Made by a program: the position numbers and the translations under genes
Notes under the pieces: model-generated
The model's input: the letters and a program-made list of their open reading frames with translations, nothing else
Told to the model about the DNA's origin: nothing
The model's database searches: none
Part shown: positions 31,127 to 32,000 of the stretch, in pieces
Layout of the letters: each line of letters opens with the position of its first letter
How positions within the stretch are numbered: position 1 is the first letter of the stretch
DNA from: Mycoplasmoides pneumoniae FH
Lineage (GTDB): Bacteria > Bacillota_I > Bacilli_A > Mycoplasmatales > Mycoplasmoidaceae
Length of the DNA: 32,000 nucleotides
Reading direction: 5' to 3'
Assembly: GCF_001272835.1 (NCBI RefSeq)
Contig: NZ_CP010546.1
Coordinates: 272,809 to 304,808 of the forward strand

Positions 31127-31882
31127 ATGCAGCGTACTTTAAATGTTGGGGTGATCCTGTGTGAAAGCTTTATTTCCAACGCCCAAAACCCAGTTAACTC
31201 CTACATTAAGATTTACGAAAACGTGAGGATGTTTGAGTTTGCGATTAAGCTACTTCAAGAATCGCGAATTAACTTCCAAAAGATCCTTTTATACGTTTTG
31301 GAAGAGCAAATTCCACTTGTGGAAAAAGTAGTTGCCAAGTACGAAAACTGCTGGGTCTTTCGTTCCAAGCACAACGAGGTTGAGGACATTTATGAAGCCA
31401 AGGGCTTTATTGAAGACAAGTACAAAATTGGTTTAAAAAGTTCTAAAAACCAAGCCTCTTCGTATTATGACAACTGTTGTTTTGTTGTCTTGGAAGCATG
31501 TCGACCTTTAACTTCCAAGAAGGTTGTTAAAAACGTGTATGAAAAGGCAATGATTGACGGTGCCGCTGTAGCTGTACTACCGTTTGAAAGGCAGCTTGTT
31601 TGTGGTGATAATACTAAGGCGGTGCGCCAGTTAAAGGACAAGGGCAACATGAACTATTGGCGTCAAAGTAGTACTTGGGAGTTGCAATTTCCCCAGGCTT
31701 ATACGCTCAATAAGTTAAACCAGTATCATAAAAACCTCTTTATGAAGGCGCGGAACATGCTTGATTTAATGAACATTTCCGCTAAGAATCCCCTAAGCAT
31801 TGTCGATGGTAGTGCTTACAGCTTTCGTGTAGTTACTAGCCTGGACTTTGAAATTTTGTTAGGTATTTTGCGCAATGGATAG
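31127..31882 (+). CDS. Conserved mycoplasma protein (MG116-like), possible diverged IspD-type nucleotidyltransferase fold
   Basis: 251-aa ORF MQRTLNVGVILCESFISNAQNP...; C-terminal half matches the IspD motif order (see findings). Confidence 0.8.
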   Translation: MQRTLNVGVILCESFISNAQNPVNSYIKIYENVRMFEFAIKLLQESRINFQKILLYVLEEQIPLVEKVVAKYENCWVFRSKHNEVEDIYEAKGFIEDKYKIGLKSSKNQASSYYDNCCFVVLEACRPLTSKKVVKNVYEKAMIDGAAVAVLPFERQLVCGDNTKAVRQLKDKGNMNYWRQSSTWELQFPQAYTLNKLNQYHKNLFMKARNMLDLMNISAKNPLSIVDGSAYSFRVVTSLDFEILLGILRNG

Positions 31883-32000
31883 AAAAATAGTTCAACTAAT
31901 TCATAACTTTAGCGGTACAGAAAAACTAAAAGCAGCTGTTTTTTCACACGACGAACAGTGTTTCTTTGACTTTGTTAGCTTCGATGAATTAAACAGTAAG
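31875..32000 (+). CDS. 5' part of conserved mycoplasma protein (MG117-like by gene order), runs off the window
   Basis: ATG 31875: MDRKIVQLIHNFSGTEKLKAAVFSHDEQCFFDFVSFDELNSK..., open to the window end, overlapping the preceding stop. Confidence 0.65.
   Translation, partial: MDRKIVQLIHNFSGTEKLKAAVFSHDEQCFFDFVSFDELNSK

Overview
This window is a gene-dense chromosomal segment from a Mollicute that reads UGA as Trp. Gene order, protein sequences and moderate GC look like Mycoplasma pneumoniae; that assignment is from recalled knowledge, not a database search. The supplied ORF track breaks most real genes at in-frame TGA codons. After re-joining them as table 4, I read: tilS-like 3' end, hprK, lgt, rpsL, rpsG, fusA, rpsF, ssb, rpsR, rplI, dnaB, a lipoprotein (MG095-like), an MG096-like protein, ung, a membrane-domain/GatC fusion, gatA, gatB, a GntR-type regulator, trxB, whiA, secG, rnr, a CdaM-type diadenylate cyclase, def (minus strand), gmk, PP2C phosphatase, Ser/Thr kinase, rsgA, pgi, rpe, asnS, pgsA, a cinA-like gene with an apparent frameshift, an MG116-like protein, and the start of an MG117-like gene. 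I see no RNA genes, mobile elements or CRISPR arrays. The best leads are: (1) an in-frame fusion of a FolT/ECF S-component-like membrane domain to GatC; (2) its leader, with a perfect 19-bp palindrome over a possible -10 box and two mutually exclusive hairpins; (3) a one-base frameshift in cinA; (4) a possible IspD-like fold remnant in the MG116-like protein; (5) a sensor-less membrane Ser/Thr kinase beside its phosphatase; (6) unusual extensions or tails on S6, S18 and SSB; (7) a tightly overlapping gatCAB-gntR-trxB-whiA chain.
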